From NCBI RefSeq assembly GCF_001194135.2, contig NC_068981.1, forward strand, positions 189,105,557-189,169,556: a stretch of DNA of 64,000 nt. The letters run 5' to 3'. This DNA comes from Octopus bimaculoides. Taxonomy: Eukaryota. The number at the start of each line of letters is the position of its first letter. The stretch's first letter is position 1. Made by a program: the position numbers and the translations under genes. The notes beneath the pieces are model-generated. The model ran no database searches. It saw only the letters and a list, made by a program, of their open reading frames with translations, and was not told the DNA's origin. This document shows, piece by piece, positions 50,999 through 64,000 of this stretch.

Positions 50999-51110
50999 AC
51001 GGGCTTCTTTCAGTTTCTGTCTACCAAATCCACTCACAAGGCTTTGGTTGGCCCAAGGCTATAGTAGAAGACACTTGCCCAAGGTGCCACACAGTGGGAC
51101 TGAACCCAGA
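50838..51110 (-). mobile_element. SINE family A with internal deletion
   Basis: Tail and head present; jumps from TTTAGTC to AAGCAATGTTGGGGG, missing about 100 bp found in other copies. Confidence 0.85.
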
Positions 51111-51350
51111 ACCATTATGCATGGAAGTAATGGCTAAGCAATATTTAAGCAATGTAATGCATGCTCCTGGCATTTCAAATTCAAAAGATTTTATAATCTA
51201 CAATAAAATGTATTTACTGAATCATGACCTACATTTAATATCTATTTTAAAATTGTAACTCACATACCCTCAATGACTGCATGTGTTTCAATATCAAAAC
51301 AATCTTAGATAAGCAACATGAAAAACTAGTGCAGTTCTGATTAGACACAT

Positions 51351-51391
<41 letters not shown>

Positions 51392-54300
51392 TCTGTGTGT
51401 GTGTGTGTATGTGTGTGTGCTAATATTGAACAGAGAGAATGAGTGCTCAACATCTCATCAGTGGAATTGTTGGATAAACATGCTTTATATGTTGGTTTCA
51501 TGCTGAGAATTCTGAGCAATTGTCAACCTGTCTCATAGGTTGTTGGTTCTCATTTCCATCTGTGCAGGTGGCACGTAAAATACACCATTTCTACACTGGT
51601 GTACAGCTCACATTACTATGATTCCATCCCCAACAGGGTTAAAGTACAAATTCAAAGAATCAGTTTTTCCCTTTCTCTCTATTACTTCTAATGTTACAAT
51701 CATGGCCTTGGCTCATAGCTACCTCCATAATCTCTCTCTCTTTCTCTCTCTCAACCTATCCTATTCACATCAATTTCCATTATAACACATCCTAGACATC
51801 CACACGATGCACTTTGATCAGCCTTTCCTCCCCCAGAGAAAAGGCTATCAGGAATTACCTTTCCACACACATTTTCCCTATAAACACAAATCTGTATGTA
51901 TTCAACTTAAAGCATCAACCATATCAACACTTATTTCAGAATCTGGGTCTGAATCAACAGACTTAATATGGTTGAAATATTAGTTAGACTAGCAGAGATT
52001 AATTCCCCTTAAGATATGACACCTCACGGCTATCGAAATTATAAACAAATAAAATTGATTGAATTCCGTTCTTTGAAATGTCAATTCTGACAAGAAAATT
52101 TGACAAATATATAGGTTACATTTATTATTTAATAGCCTTATACTTCTACTTGAGTCTCATAAAATTAAAGAAAAAAAGATTGCTATACTTATCTTTTCAA
52201 GTAAGCTGTATTAAACTAATACAATTACTTAACTTTCCTTCCCTTAAACAATAGATTCTATTAAAATCTGCCTTAAGGAACTGACACAATCAAGGATTAG
52301 ATAATGAGATACACAACATACTATGTCAGGTTTCAATCTGATAAACCTGCAGGATATAGCACCTAGTTAAATCTTTCCTATTCTGGAATTATAGGTATGG
52401 AAAATAAATCTATTTTAGATATGACAATTATCATTCCATATGTCCATTACAACAAAGATATATATATATAAAAATAGTACATGTATCATAGGTATGAGAA
52501 ACAATTTTCTTTCCAAATCATATTCCTAATACAATATAAACGTTCATTTTATTAATAGTAATCAATTTCAGAATTGTTTACTTTGTCTTATTTTACAAGA
52601 ATTAAAAATGCTAATTAATTTTCATTGTTACAGAAGTAATTTTAATTGATCAAACATTTCTTTTTTTATCATACTGCTTGGTATATTGGACCCCTACTTA
52701 ACTGATGTTGCACTCAACAGGGAATGTCACAATCATTTCTCACATCTGGGTCCCTCTAAAGAAAACTTTCAACTACATAATTTGTAGTTCTTCTTTGGAT
52801 GGCACACATAATATCTTAATAATAGAATAGCAGACTGTACTGGTATAGTCATGAGATACAAATATTCAATGAGTGCTGGTTGCAAAGTTAAGCTCAACTG
52901 TTAGTGACAAACACTGATGAAACAAGCTAAGAAAGGTATGAGGGTGAGGGAAAAGAAACCAAGTCAGAAATCAGGGCATTTCTCCTCAAATATGAAACAA
53001 TAAGAGTGAGATGAATGCTGATATTCTGTGTGATAGATATTGTGATGCAAACAAGAAAAATAGTATTCAAAATATATGTATATTTTTATTAATATTTAGC
53101 AGAAGCAACAGAGTGACTCAAGGGCTGAGAGCTTTGTGCTTTGGCACTGCTTCTGTTAAATATTAATAGATATATACTGTGTGACAGATATGTCCAACCT
53201 ATGGAAACAGACATTAAAACATTATGACATAAGAATATAATAATGTAATTTATAAAAAAAACCTTAAGAAATTTAAAATGCTCAATATATGTAGTATATA
53301 TACAAACACTTCCCTTGAAGCTGAAAAAATATAACGAGAGCAGCAAAGATGAATAGAGTGTACAGAAAGAAAATTCACACATATAATCTATGTTAATCAC
53401 TTGTAAGAGTAATTATTGTTCAATAATCACTGTAGTCTACTAAAAAGCTGTTCTGACGATAAACTGAAATTTTATTGACAAATATGATGCTTTGATTAGA
53501 TATAAGCAAGGTGTCTTATTTTAATCATAACTACAAACATTTTTTAATCCGTATTAAAAAGAAAAAATCTACAAAACAATGCATTGCGAAAGTGAATGAG
53601 CATAAGATAGCTGCCCTGAGAACATTGCAGACAAACTGGTACAGGTGAATGTTGTCTCACAAGCAACTGAACTGCATTCCCAATCAAATATCAAGTTTAA
53701 CCAACAAACAAAATACACAAAGCCATCATTGCCTATATTTTGGTTCAATTCTTGATGGTATATCAATAATCAATATTCATCTTCCATACTACAAAAACAA
53801 AAAATTAAAGGATAAAAATAACAGTATATTATGGTTTTAGAATAGCACAAACTATATCATAGATATTACAATTTCTCTTAAGATAAAAATCAATTATTTT
53901 GTAGGCTACAGAAAACCTAACTGGAAAATAGTTACTATACTTAATAAATGTATTGTTAGTATTTGAATGAAGAGCTAGCTATAAAAACATAAGCTTCATT
54001 CATTAATAAAAATGTCTAAATTTGCAGGCCCATTTTACCAATGAGAAATGAACTTATTTCTTTCCAGCATTTTATCCACTGTCTGAAACTAAGATATTAA
54101 TACTTTAAAGATCAGATAATCTTATCACAAACAATGCACTATTTCCATCAGCAATTACATTGCCATCATTTACAAAAGTTCATGTGGACTTCATAGAATA
54201 CAGTCACCATTTAAAGATTTTGCATTAATTACGATCTGCAAAATTTTAATTTAGAGAACAAATTATTGATGTTCTTTGATTTAATAACCAGGTTCTGCAT

Positions 54301-55106
54301 ACTTATAATCTGGCTATTAAATCATTCATGTAATACAAAACTTTAAATGGTAAGAAAAACTATCATGTTACCTAAAAACCTATGTAATCCCACATTCTGC
54401 AGCAAGTGACACACTGTCGTATATTATTCCACTCAAGAAATACATTTATACAACGTTGCAGAAGCAATAAAGGACATCCATAGGAATCTATTATGTTTTA
54501 ATCAATATCATGAATAAATAAAATAAACCAATAAAAACCAAAGAAATTCTTTAAAACATATTTAGTTTCAACAATATGTAACAACTGTCAGAAATATATC
54601 TTCTACTCTGCTAAAATGTTTGCAACATACAACTGACATGGTTTGATGCTTTGGTGGAAAACCATTTTTGTCACTTTGTTTTTGCAAGTACCAGTGAATA
54701 GTGTAATGTGAATTCATATGTGTGTGTGTAGCTGAAAGAATGGGAAACATTTTATATTAAGCTGCTACATAATACTTTACTTGGAAAAATTTTTCATAAA
54801 ATGAGACCCATTATAGTCATAATCATGGCTTGAAGCTTTTCTCACATTTCTGTTTACAATAATTTATAACAGCAACAAAATATTATCAAGAGTATTATTA
54901 CAGAAATAATACTATGGTTGTACCAGTAGCAGCAGTAATAACAAAAGATAGAGAAAAGAGTAAATGTTATTGTAAAGCAGAAGAAGATTGTAAATATCCA
55001 AGATTGATTTTATCTACCAGCATGAAAAATGTTAAGAAACCCATGAACAATAAATCAACAGCAGCAGATTCTTTTAACTTGAAACAGACTGGTTGAGGAA
55101 ATGTGA

Positions 55107-55335
55107 TTAACTTTTGACCCTTCCTCATACCAACCTGCCTGAGACAGATCCTGATTTTATGATAGAAACTTCCTGTTATAAAGAGATCCAAATCAAAATC
55201 TTATCTCAAAATTTCATATTTCATGTTCCAAACACCAACTTGATAAAGTTATTTGACTAAATTCTTCATTATTTTCAAAATTAATTAAAACAGCAGCAAC
55301 GTATTTCAATAGAAATATGGTAACAAAAAGGTGAA
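55107..55335. mobile_element. Degenerate TTAA-ended MITE
   Basis: TTAAC...TCATACCAACC at the left and ATGGTAACAAAAAGGTGAA at the right resemble the TIR type at 28452. Confidence 0.45.
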
Positions 55336-55697
55336 TTCAATTAACGAATGTTACTGGTATTTGTTTTATTGATTCCAAATAACTGAAAGAGAAGAAACAC
55401 AAAGGACGAGATTCTAAATTACCAAATAAACTTTACTCTTCCAATTGTAATACAGATTTCTTACAAACACAAGAAAACAAAAGCTCCTCACTGAGGCCGA
55501 AATATTTTGCAATAGTCCAAAGTTTATAAAGCCAAACCATTAAAAACAACCTTTTGTTCATTTTTACTTGGATAAAAAAAAAAATCTATGGCATTATACA
55601 AAAAGAAATGCACGATTGCTGCACATTTATTATTGTATAATAACCAAAACATCTCAGATGTCATCATTATTCTCATTTAATTATTATTGCATTATAT

Positions 55698-56065
55698 GGA
55701 CTGGCTCCTGTGCAGGTGACACGTAATACACCATTTCAAGCGTGGCCTTTGCCAGTAAGACATCTGAGCGAGATCATTGCCAGTGCCCCTGGACTGGCCC
55801 TTGTGCAGGTGGCACGTAAAATACACCATTTTGAGCATTGCCATTGCCAGTACCGCCTGACTGGCCTTCGTGCCAGTGGCACATAAATGCACCCACTACA
55901 CTCTCAGAGTGGTTGGCGTTAGGAAGGGCATCCAGCTGTAGAAACTCTGCCAAATCAGATTGGAGCCTGGTGTAGCCATCTGGTTTCACCAGTCCTCAGT
56001 CAAATCGTCCAACCCATGCTAGCATGGAAAGCGGACGTTAAACGACGATGATGACAATGATGATG
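55698..56065 (+). mobile_element. SINE-like family D, long young copy
   Basis: Ends AACCCATGCTAGCATGGAAAGCGGACGTTAAACGACGATGATG. Confidence 0.9.
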
Positions 56066-56282
56066 ATTCTATTTGCAGCTATCACAGCTTGAAATCTACT
56101 TTATGAGGGTTAAAATTTTATGGAAAATTTATGGTCAAGAAGATCATTTCATGACAACACAATAAAAGCTGAAACCCACTTACACAGAAGGGTGAGCAAG
56201 TGTTCTCTACTATAGTCCTGGGATGACCTAAGGCAGACAAAAATATACATATTTACATGTATGTACATACACACATACACAC

Positions 56283-56334
<52 letters not shown>

Positions 56335-57801
56335 GGTGCAAGAGGTATTTGAGGACATATTTAGTCATGTAATAAAACATGACTAATCTAGCAAAATCAA
56401 AATTTATTTGAATAAAAATTTATGCCTATATTTTTGATAAGCTTTTTTTTATAGGATTATTCTATAAATCAGTATTGAACTTCAATGACTGCTTCAATGC
56501 TGGGCCAGAATCATTGATATACCTGCACTAAAAGGTCCTTATCCATTTAAGACATCACATGGCTGATGATAGCCTTCAGTAGTTTTAAGGTCACATGTTT
56601 GGTGTTAAATAATTGTTAAGATTATCTGACATGCATTCTTGGGTTACATGGCCTTTGTGAGAAAATGCTGAGTTTTGTCGAAACCTATATGGCCTTCTAC
56701 AGCATACTTCAACCATCCAGGATTTGACAAAACTGTCTCCAACACCTCTATACATCCAGCAGCAGTAATTCTAAGAAACTATGGTAAAATGTGAGGTAGC
56801 ATAACATTAACGTTCATTACTCACCACTCCTAAAACCATTACAGTTGCTAGAAATTTAGCCTGCATCATTCTGAGGACATTTTTTTTCTCTCTTTTGTTT
56901 CAGCTGGAGCACCGCCTTTAGTCGAGCAAGTCGACCCCATGACTTATTCTATCAGTCTCTTTTGCCGAACCACTAAGTTACAGGGATGTAAACACACCAG
57001 CATCGGTTGTCAAGCGATGTTGGGGGGACAATCACAGACACACAAATACACACACACACACACATATATATATACATATATACGATGGACTTCTTTCAGT
57101 TTCCATCTACCAAATCCACTCACAAGGCTTTGGTCGACCCAAGGCTATAGTAGAAGACACTTACTCAAGGTGCCACACAGTGGGACTGGACCCAAAACTA
57201 TATGGTTGGTAAGCAAGCTACTTACCACAGCCACTCCTACTAGAAGAATATGCAAATAACCATCTGTCATTTCTTTTGTTAGATTTTTGGTCCTGATCAA
57301 AGTTTTTCTCATTGGAGAACATGAGGATTTCTAATCTTGTTAAGTAACCACTTGGATTTGCAGACACTGGCCTCTCCTCCGTATATACAACTTGTATGGA
57401 ATATCCTTGTACACTGCTGTTCTGATAGTCTACTGAAGTTCTTTGGCAATGGTCCTCATTGATTTATCCCAGGATCATCTGTAATGTTTTGAACCTGTTG
57501 AATAAATTGTGGTGTCCTGATTGTGTCCGAACATTCAGATTGTATCTTTCTATTTTATACAGTTGAAACAATCCCACTAGAGGTTTCCAGTTCTATCAAA
57601 ACTTTGTGTAGAAAAGATCTTGCATTGTTTAGGAAGTTGGCAATTTCTAAATTGCTAGGTTCCACAAATATGACAACAATGACTACATGTCTTCACTCAT
57701 TTTGTAAAGAAATGTTGCAGGGGAGCTGAAAGATATAAACTTTTAATCAGTCTGAAGAGTAATATACTGATAATTAAGTGTCCTCAAATATCCCTCACAC
57801 C
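56335..57801 (-). mobile_element. Decayed Tc1/mariner (maT/DD37D-like) element with both TIRs, interrupted by a SINE
   Basis: TIRs GGTGCAAGAGGTATTTGAGGACAT (56335) and GTGTCCTCAAATATCCCTCACACC (57778-57801). Minus-strand remnants in the correct order: KSMRTIAKELQ; FS(N)EK.FDQDQKSNKRNDRWL; RQNSAFSHK...VTQE; TPNM.P. Confidence 0.75.
56897..57240 (-). mobile_element. SINE family A nested in the mariner element
   Basis: Close match to the copy at 1-365. Confidence 0.92.
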
Positions 57802-58019
57802 TTGAGTGTGTATACCCTTGTCTTGATATCATATGATGGTTGTAGACGATAACTACAATTATACAAGTGATGTTTATTCTCAGTCTTCTGTGAAAAAGAT
57901 GTCTGCCCAAAGAGATGATCTATTTCAACAAATTTGTCTGACTGATGCAAGCATGGAAAGGTGGATACTAAAATGGTGGTGGTGGTATATGTTTTTCAGT
58001 GTAAACTTGTGTCATGGTC

Positions 58020-58175
58020 ATTTATGTTAGGAAGGGCATCTAGCTGTAGAAACTCTGCCAAATTAGATTGGAGCCTGGTGTTGCCGTCCGGTTTCACCAG
58101 TCCTCAGTCAAATCGTCCAACCCATGCTAGCATGGAAAGCGGACGTTAAACGATGATGATGATGATGATGATGTA
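58020..58175 (+). mobile_element. SINE-like family D, 3' part
   Basis: TTAGGAAGGGCATCTAGCTGTAG...GCGGACGTTAAAC(GAT)n. Confidence 0.9.
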
Positions 58176-59047
58176 ACTTAGCAATTCAGAAAACAGAAAT
58201 TCATAAAATAGGTATTCATAAGAGCTAGGTTAGTGAACGATCAATTAAGTTCTTGCTACATTCCAATGACTAAAACAAATTAAAAATAAAAGAAATATAC
58301 AGGTGCATTGTAACAGAGTCTTAGCAACCATTTAAAATGTCAGTACACTATTTCTTTCATTTTCTCCAATAATATCTCTCAATATTATATTGTATTAGGA
58401 ATCGCATGTTTTGTAACAACCTGGTTACTAACACTATTTGACTGTTACAAGTTAGTCGTTGGCTGACAGCTTACTTTACTCTTTCTTCCTTATTCACAAC
58501 CACTATATCAATTCACAATATTTCAAAATTTCAATCTCCAATATTTCTTTCTAGAATGTTGTGTGTGTGTGTATGTGTGTCTCCGTGCTTGTGCGTGTGT
58601 GCACACACGCACAGTGTTGTGATCAACAATTTTTTTTTCTTCTTTCCTGTTTAAATTTTTTTTCGTTTATGTATTCTTTTTACATTTTCATTTTGTTATT
58701 ATGTCTGGTATTGGTTGAATCATTAGCTGTATTCTACATTCTGTCACACTACACTCTCAAATTCACACACAATACCAGCAGAAAAATTTTATGGTTTTGG
58801 CTGTAGTCCATGGCCTTGCTTATACAATGCCTGCACTTCCTTTTTTATGTGTTTTTTTTTTTTTCTAAAGTGAAACTTGGCTTGGTCATTTCATGTCAAA
58901 TTTTCTGATGCTTTTGTTGTTCATTAATGGATGTTACCTACCATTTTATGACTTTCATAGTGTAAATATATACTTCTTTACAAATTATTTACTTATACAA
59001 TCATATTTCAACAACTACACACCCATATAATTTAGTTTGTTCTTTCA

Positions 59048-59545
59048 CATCATCATCATTTAACGTCCATTGTCCATGCTGGCATGGGTTGGACGGTTTG
59101 ACCGGGCAGGCGCGCTGGAAGGCTGCACCAGACTCCAGTCTGATTTGGCATGGTTTTCTATGGCTGGATGCCCTTCCTAATGCCAACCACTCAGAGAGTA
59201 ATTGGTGCCTTTACATTCCACTGGCATGGGTGTCATTTGCATGACACCGGGATGCTTTTACGTGCACCGGCATGGGTGCCATTTTGCAAGACACCAGTAT
59301 CTGCCACAACTGTGATTTTGCTCAGCTTGATGGGTCTTCTTCTCAAGCATGATATAAAGACAAAGGTCTCAGTATTTGTCTGCATGAGGCCCAACACTCG
59401 AAAGGAACTCAGCCTTTTCACCCCCACATGAGGCCCAATGCTTGAAAGGAACTCAGCCACTTTGCCTCTGTGAGGCCCAGCACTCAAAAGGAATTCAGCC
59501 TCTTTACCTGCATGAGGCCCAACACTTGAAAGAAACCAATGCTAG
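59048..59545 (-). mobile_element. SINE-like family D subfamily with a ~43 bp internal tandem array
   Basis: (CAT)n tail; TGAGGCCCAACACT(C/T)GAAAGGAACTCAGCC x4 at 59380-59535. Confidence 0.85.
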
Positions 59546-59749
59546 TATGGGTTGAACATTAAATGATGCCTTGTTTTACAGTCAGATGCCCTTCCTATCA
59601 CTGGCCTTTACCTGTTTTTTAAGTAAACTATCTCGTATTTCAGTCATCTTTGAAGGTGCAAAGCTAACGTATGATTTATTAACTGAAGAAATAATGCTAT
59701 TACTGCTTGTAGTTTGCAATTTTCAGAGTAGCAAAAATATTCTTTTCTA

Positions 59750-59960
59750 CTCTAGGCACAAGGCCTGATTTTTTTTTGGGGGGTGGGGGGGAGTCGATTA
59801 GATTGACCCCAGTACGCAACTGGTATTTAATTTATCGACCTCAAAAGGATGAAAGGCAAAGTCGACCTTGGCGAAATTTGAACTCAGAATGTAAAGACAG
59901 ATGAAATATTGCTAAGCATTTCATGCAGCGTGCTAACATTTCTGCCAGCTCACCACCTTA
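59750..59960 (-). mobile_element. SINE family B
   Basis: GGATGAAAGGCAAAGTCGACCTTGGCGAAATTTGAACTCAG...TCTGCCAGCTCACCACC. Confidence 0.88.
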
Positions 59961-60767
59961 GAGGGGCAAAAATATTAACACACACACATATGCAGACATA
60001 TATATACACAATTAATGGTGATAATAATGATAATAATGGTAATGATCCTTCCCAAGTCCTATAGTTTCATAGGGCCAGTTTCCCAGCTTCTATGGTACAT
60101 ATATTTTCCCCTGGACAGGACACCAGTCCATCGCATGATTACTCATTTTTGCTAGTTGAGTGGACTAGAGCAACATGAATTTAAGTATATTATTCAAAAG
60201 TACAATTCCATTTGTTATGAAAATGATGCCACACTAACAAATATATGACAAACATTGATTTACTATGACAATGGTTCAATTAGTAATTATAAGTAATTAT
60301 AAATAATATGGTGCAATGGCATTAATTGTTAACAAAGAAAAAAAATTCAAAGAAAAATCTGACTCACCATATTAAAGAAAACATGATGAGTACCATCCCA
60401 CAGTATATGTATTTGATATTATGACTATATTGTATATAATACCTATAAAAGCTAATGTTAACAACTACTAAAAGCAATTGAGTAGATGTTAAATGTCCTA
60501 ATTTAGCAAGCAGTGTATTTAAAACAAACAGCAGGAGTGTATCTCAACCAAGAAGTGTTAGAGCTGCCTTACATGTGTATATTCATTGAAGAATAGATCT
60601 GCATTGTTATTACTATATACTGATAAATTCATATCAATGGACCTTTTAAGTGTACCCTAATGATTTATACACCAAGATTTTATAATTCACCGTGTTTGTT
60701 CAGAGCATGCTAGTAAGGTATAGATGAAGGTTTACTTTTAACATAACCATTCTATAAACACAAGCAA

Positions 60768-61180
60768 GGCTATGTGGTTGAGAAGCTTGTTTTCAGTCCC
60801 ACCATACAGGATTTTTGGCAAGTGTCTTCTATGACAAACCTGGTTTGACCAAAGACTTGTGTGTGGATTTCGTAAACATGAACTGAAAGAAGCTTGCCAT
60901 ACCTAACGCGCATGTGTGTATGTGTGTGCGTGTGTTCGTGCGTATACTGCGTTGTCTTGATATCATGTGATGGCTGCAAACAAGCATCATCAACTCACAA
61001 GCTATGTTGGTTATTTCCAATCTTCCATGAAAATGTGTCTGGCCTTGGGGGAAATATTGATTTGCTTGGATAAAGATATGGTTTGGCAGCTGGAGGGGTA
61101 TCTGACCATAGAAAAACTGCCTCAACAAATTCTGTTTCATCCTTGCAAGCATGGAAAAAAGTGCAGTAAAAAGTGATGAT
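60768..61180 (+). mobile_element. SINE family A-related subfamily with a different 3' half
   Basis: Family A-like head, then GTCTTGATATCATGTGATGG...CATGGAAAA; similar 3' halves near 14965-15160 and 57815-57970. Confidence 0.6.
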
Positions 61181-61974
61181 AATGATTGTTCTTATACTAA
61201 TTAGACCTCACTTATCAAAACGAAATCAGAGGATAGTGGTTTGTTCAGACAACTGAGTTAATTGAAAACAAAGGATGGCATGCTGGTTATAATTACAATA
61301 AAATAACCTTGTTTACAGAGTTTTTTTTATATCATTCATATTTCATGACATTCTACAAATTAAATCATATAAATAAAATCATGCCAATATTATGTAGAGA
61401 GATTTGTGGTTGAAAATTCAAAGAAGCATGAGGCAAATACAAAAATGTACAATTATATGAATGCAGAGACAGGAAGTTCATTGAGTACATCAAAGACATT
61501 AAAATCATGGAAAAAAAATTCATTGGGGTAGCAGAGGTTATTCATTGTCTTTTAAAGAAAATAACCAGTCACAGTTTCTTTAGGTGCTTGTGTCACTTGG
61601 CTTCTTGTCAGAGAGGGAGCATTTGACAAAGATACATCATCTTAATGACATGGGCTTCATGTACTTCTTGCTACTTTATGAAAGAAACATTTGTAAAAGT
61701 CCCACAAGTTGGAGTGGTTGCTGCAGCAAATTTCACTGGTCATTCTCCATGTCAATGTTCTTGCAATCATGTCCTCATGTCCGCAGGGCACAGCTAAACA
61801 CAGCATTTGCTCTGCTCCACCTTCTGCTGCTGCTTAACCCCTTCTTTCTTGTGCTTCTTAATCCCCTTGTTTTACTTTTTCTTTGTTTCCTTGTGAGGTA
61901 GTTATGGGTTTTTATCTCAATAATGTAATCTCTTATACTTTTAATGTTTCCTTTCTTTTTCTTCCTATAAAAAT

Positions 61975-62300
61975 CATCGTCATCATCATCGTTTAATGCT
62001 TGCTTTCCATGCTGGCATGGATTGGACAGTTTGACAGAGGACTGGCAAACCAGGCGGCTGCACCAGGCTCCAATCCGATCTGGCAATGTTTCTATAGCTA
62101 GATGCCCTTTCCTAACGCCAACTACTCCAAGAGTGTAGTAGGTGCTTCTTACATGCTACCAGCATGGGGGCCAGTTATGTGATACTGGCATCAACCATGC
62201 TCGAATGGTGCTTTTTACATGCCACCAGCATGGGAGCCAGTCAGGCAGCACTGGCATCGAGCACGCTTGAATGGTGCTTTTTATGTGCCACTGGCATGAG
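61975..62300 (-). mobile_element. SINE-like family D
   Basis: CATCATCATCGTTTAATG...CCCTTTCCTAACGCCAAC plus internal GGTGCTTTT repeats. Confidence 0.85.
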
Positions 62301-63359
62301 AAAATATATTAATAAAAACAAAGTCTTATTCAAAAAAATAATTTGTCACTTAGACATTGTAGAAATTTGATATAGACAATATTCATTGATATTTTACTGT
62401 TTTATCAACTCAATTAAGCAATGTTCAAAAGTAAAAACAAAAACAGATGGCTTCATCAATGGGGACTGAAAGAAAGAGATGCCAATACCTGAGTTCCCTT
62501 AGCATCCATGTTATCCATATTTTCCCATATTTTGACTTCCATTTTAATGCATGTGAAATGAAACTTTGGCAGATAAATTTCTTTGTTGTCGGTCTTTATA
62601 TATTGGACACGAATTGCCTCTCTAATGCTGGAATTGAAATTTTGAAAACTGTGATTCCTTCTCACCACAATTCAAATACCACAAAATTCTTTCTTTTTTT
62701 TTTTTCTTTATCAATCATCAACAGTGATTGCTTTGTAAGATTATTTAACACTATTGAAAGTGACTGACTGAGACCAAGCTAGTGGATCAATGAACAAGTA
62801 GTGTTTTTGTTCAGTACAAACAAAAGACACAATCATTGCACCAATGGTGGTAACACCTCATTGATGTAATAATGTTTTTACATATTCTTCAGTAATTTAC
62901 TTTTAATTACTATAAACAAAAGATGAAGGTAGTTACACCAGTATTTTTCTTGAATTTAGCTTACACAGACACAAATTAGTTAATTAAATATTCACAGAAC
63001 CTAGAGAGTTGAGACAACTGATATTCAGACGACTGAGTCTTGACTATACTCCATAACCTGTTGTCACTAATTTGAGCTGCCTCTTCAGTGCATCTCTCAG
63101 TGAAGATTGCACAAAATACTTTAATACGTTTCACAATATATATTATACTTCTTCTGCTCAAAATACATGGGGTACAAACAGCAGATTTGATAGATTTGGT
63201 TTTTCACACAGACATTTACGTATCTTAGTTACCATATTGATAACTGACTACTCTAATGCAGAACTAGTAGCAGAATACTGGCCATACAACATTCTTTAGG
63301 CTGTTTTTAATAATTTCTTAGTTCTTCTGGATACTTTGGTCTTATTGTGTAACTGCATA

Positions 63360-63870
63360 TTTCATCATCATCATTTAACGTCCGTTGTCCATGCTGGCAT
63401 GGGTTGGCCAGTTTGACTGGGCTGGCATGCTGGAAAGCTGCACCAGACTCCAGTCTGATTTGGCATGGTTTCCTATGGCTGGGTGCACTCTCTAACGCCA
63501 ACCACTCAGAGAGTAATGGGTGCTTTTATGTGCCACCGGTACAGGTACCAATTTGCATGACACTGGTATCTGCCACCACTGTGATTTTGCTTGGCTTGAT
63601 GGGTCTTCTCAAGCATGACATAATGCTCAAGTACAACATAATGCCTCCCAGAAGCCTAACACTCAAAAGGAACTCAGCTATTTTGTCTCTGTGAGGTCCA
63701 ATACTTGATAGGAACTTGACCACTTTGCTTCCCTGAGGCCCAGTGCTTGAAAGGAACTCAGCCACTTTACCTCTGTGAGGCATAAGATGCTCATAAGATG
63801 TTCTTTATGTGCCACCAGTACAGGTGTACTTGGCTTGACGGGTCCTCTCAAGAACAGCACAGCACACCAC
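63360..63870 (-). mobile_element. SINE-like family D subfamily with internal array (related to the 59048 copy)
   Basis: Shared CTGTGATTTTGCT..GCTTGATGGGTCTTCT and GAGGCCCA..CT.GAAAGGAACTCAGC repeats. Confidence 0.85.
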
Positions 63871-64000
63871 CAATGGTCTCGTTCAGTAGTCATTGCTTCT
63901 GTGAGGCTCAAAGTTCAGAGATCATGCTTCAAGTCCTCATTCCATGTCTCCCCGGGTCTACCTTTACCACAGGTTCCCTCTACAATTAGAGATCAGCACT

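Noticed and set aside
57-63989. Most ORFs in the supplied track (YIYI, HTHT, CVCV, poly-Y/L/S/I peptides and repeated RHLPKVPHSGTEP-like peptides)
   Set aside because: They are translations of microsatellites or of recurring SINE bodies, not genes.

Overview
AT-rich, repeat-dense eukaryotic DNA, most likely intronic or intergenic. The SINE, MITE and LINE families and the heavy (TA)/(CA)/(CAT) microsatellite load look like an Octopus (coleoid cephalopod) genome; this taxon call is pattern recognition, not a database result. I cannot support any intact protein-coding gene: nearly all ORFs in the track come from microsatellites, SINEs or decayed transposons. Supported content: four SINE-like families in many copies, several RTE-clade LINE fragments (one 1.3 kb copy with an RT and a PHD-like Cys finger), an R4/Dong-type LINE fragment, DD37D (maT) Tc1/mariner relics (one with both TIRs and a SINE nested inside), TTAA-ended MITEs, Penelope-like ends, minisatellites and three assembly gaps. 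Most interesting signals: four minimal type-I hammerhead-ribozyme-like motifs sharing a non-canonical core (one nearly intact, with an A6U change), a 500 bp foldback palindrome, and two isolated near-perfect 60-80 nt hairpins. A few splice-site-bounded segments could be exons of an unidentified transcript, but support is weak.
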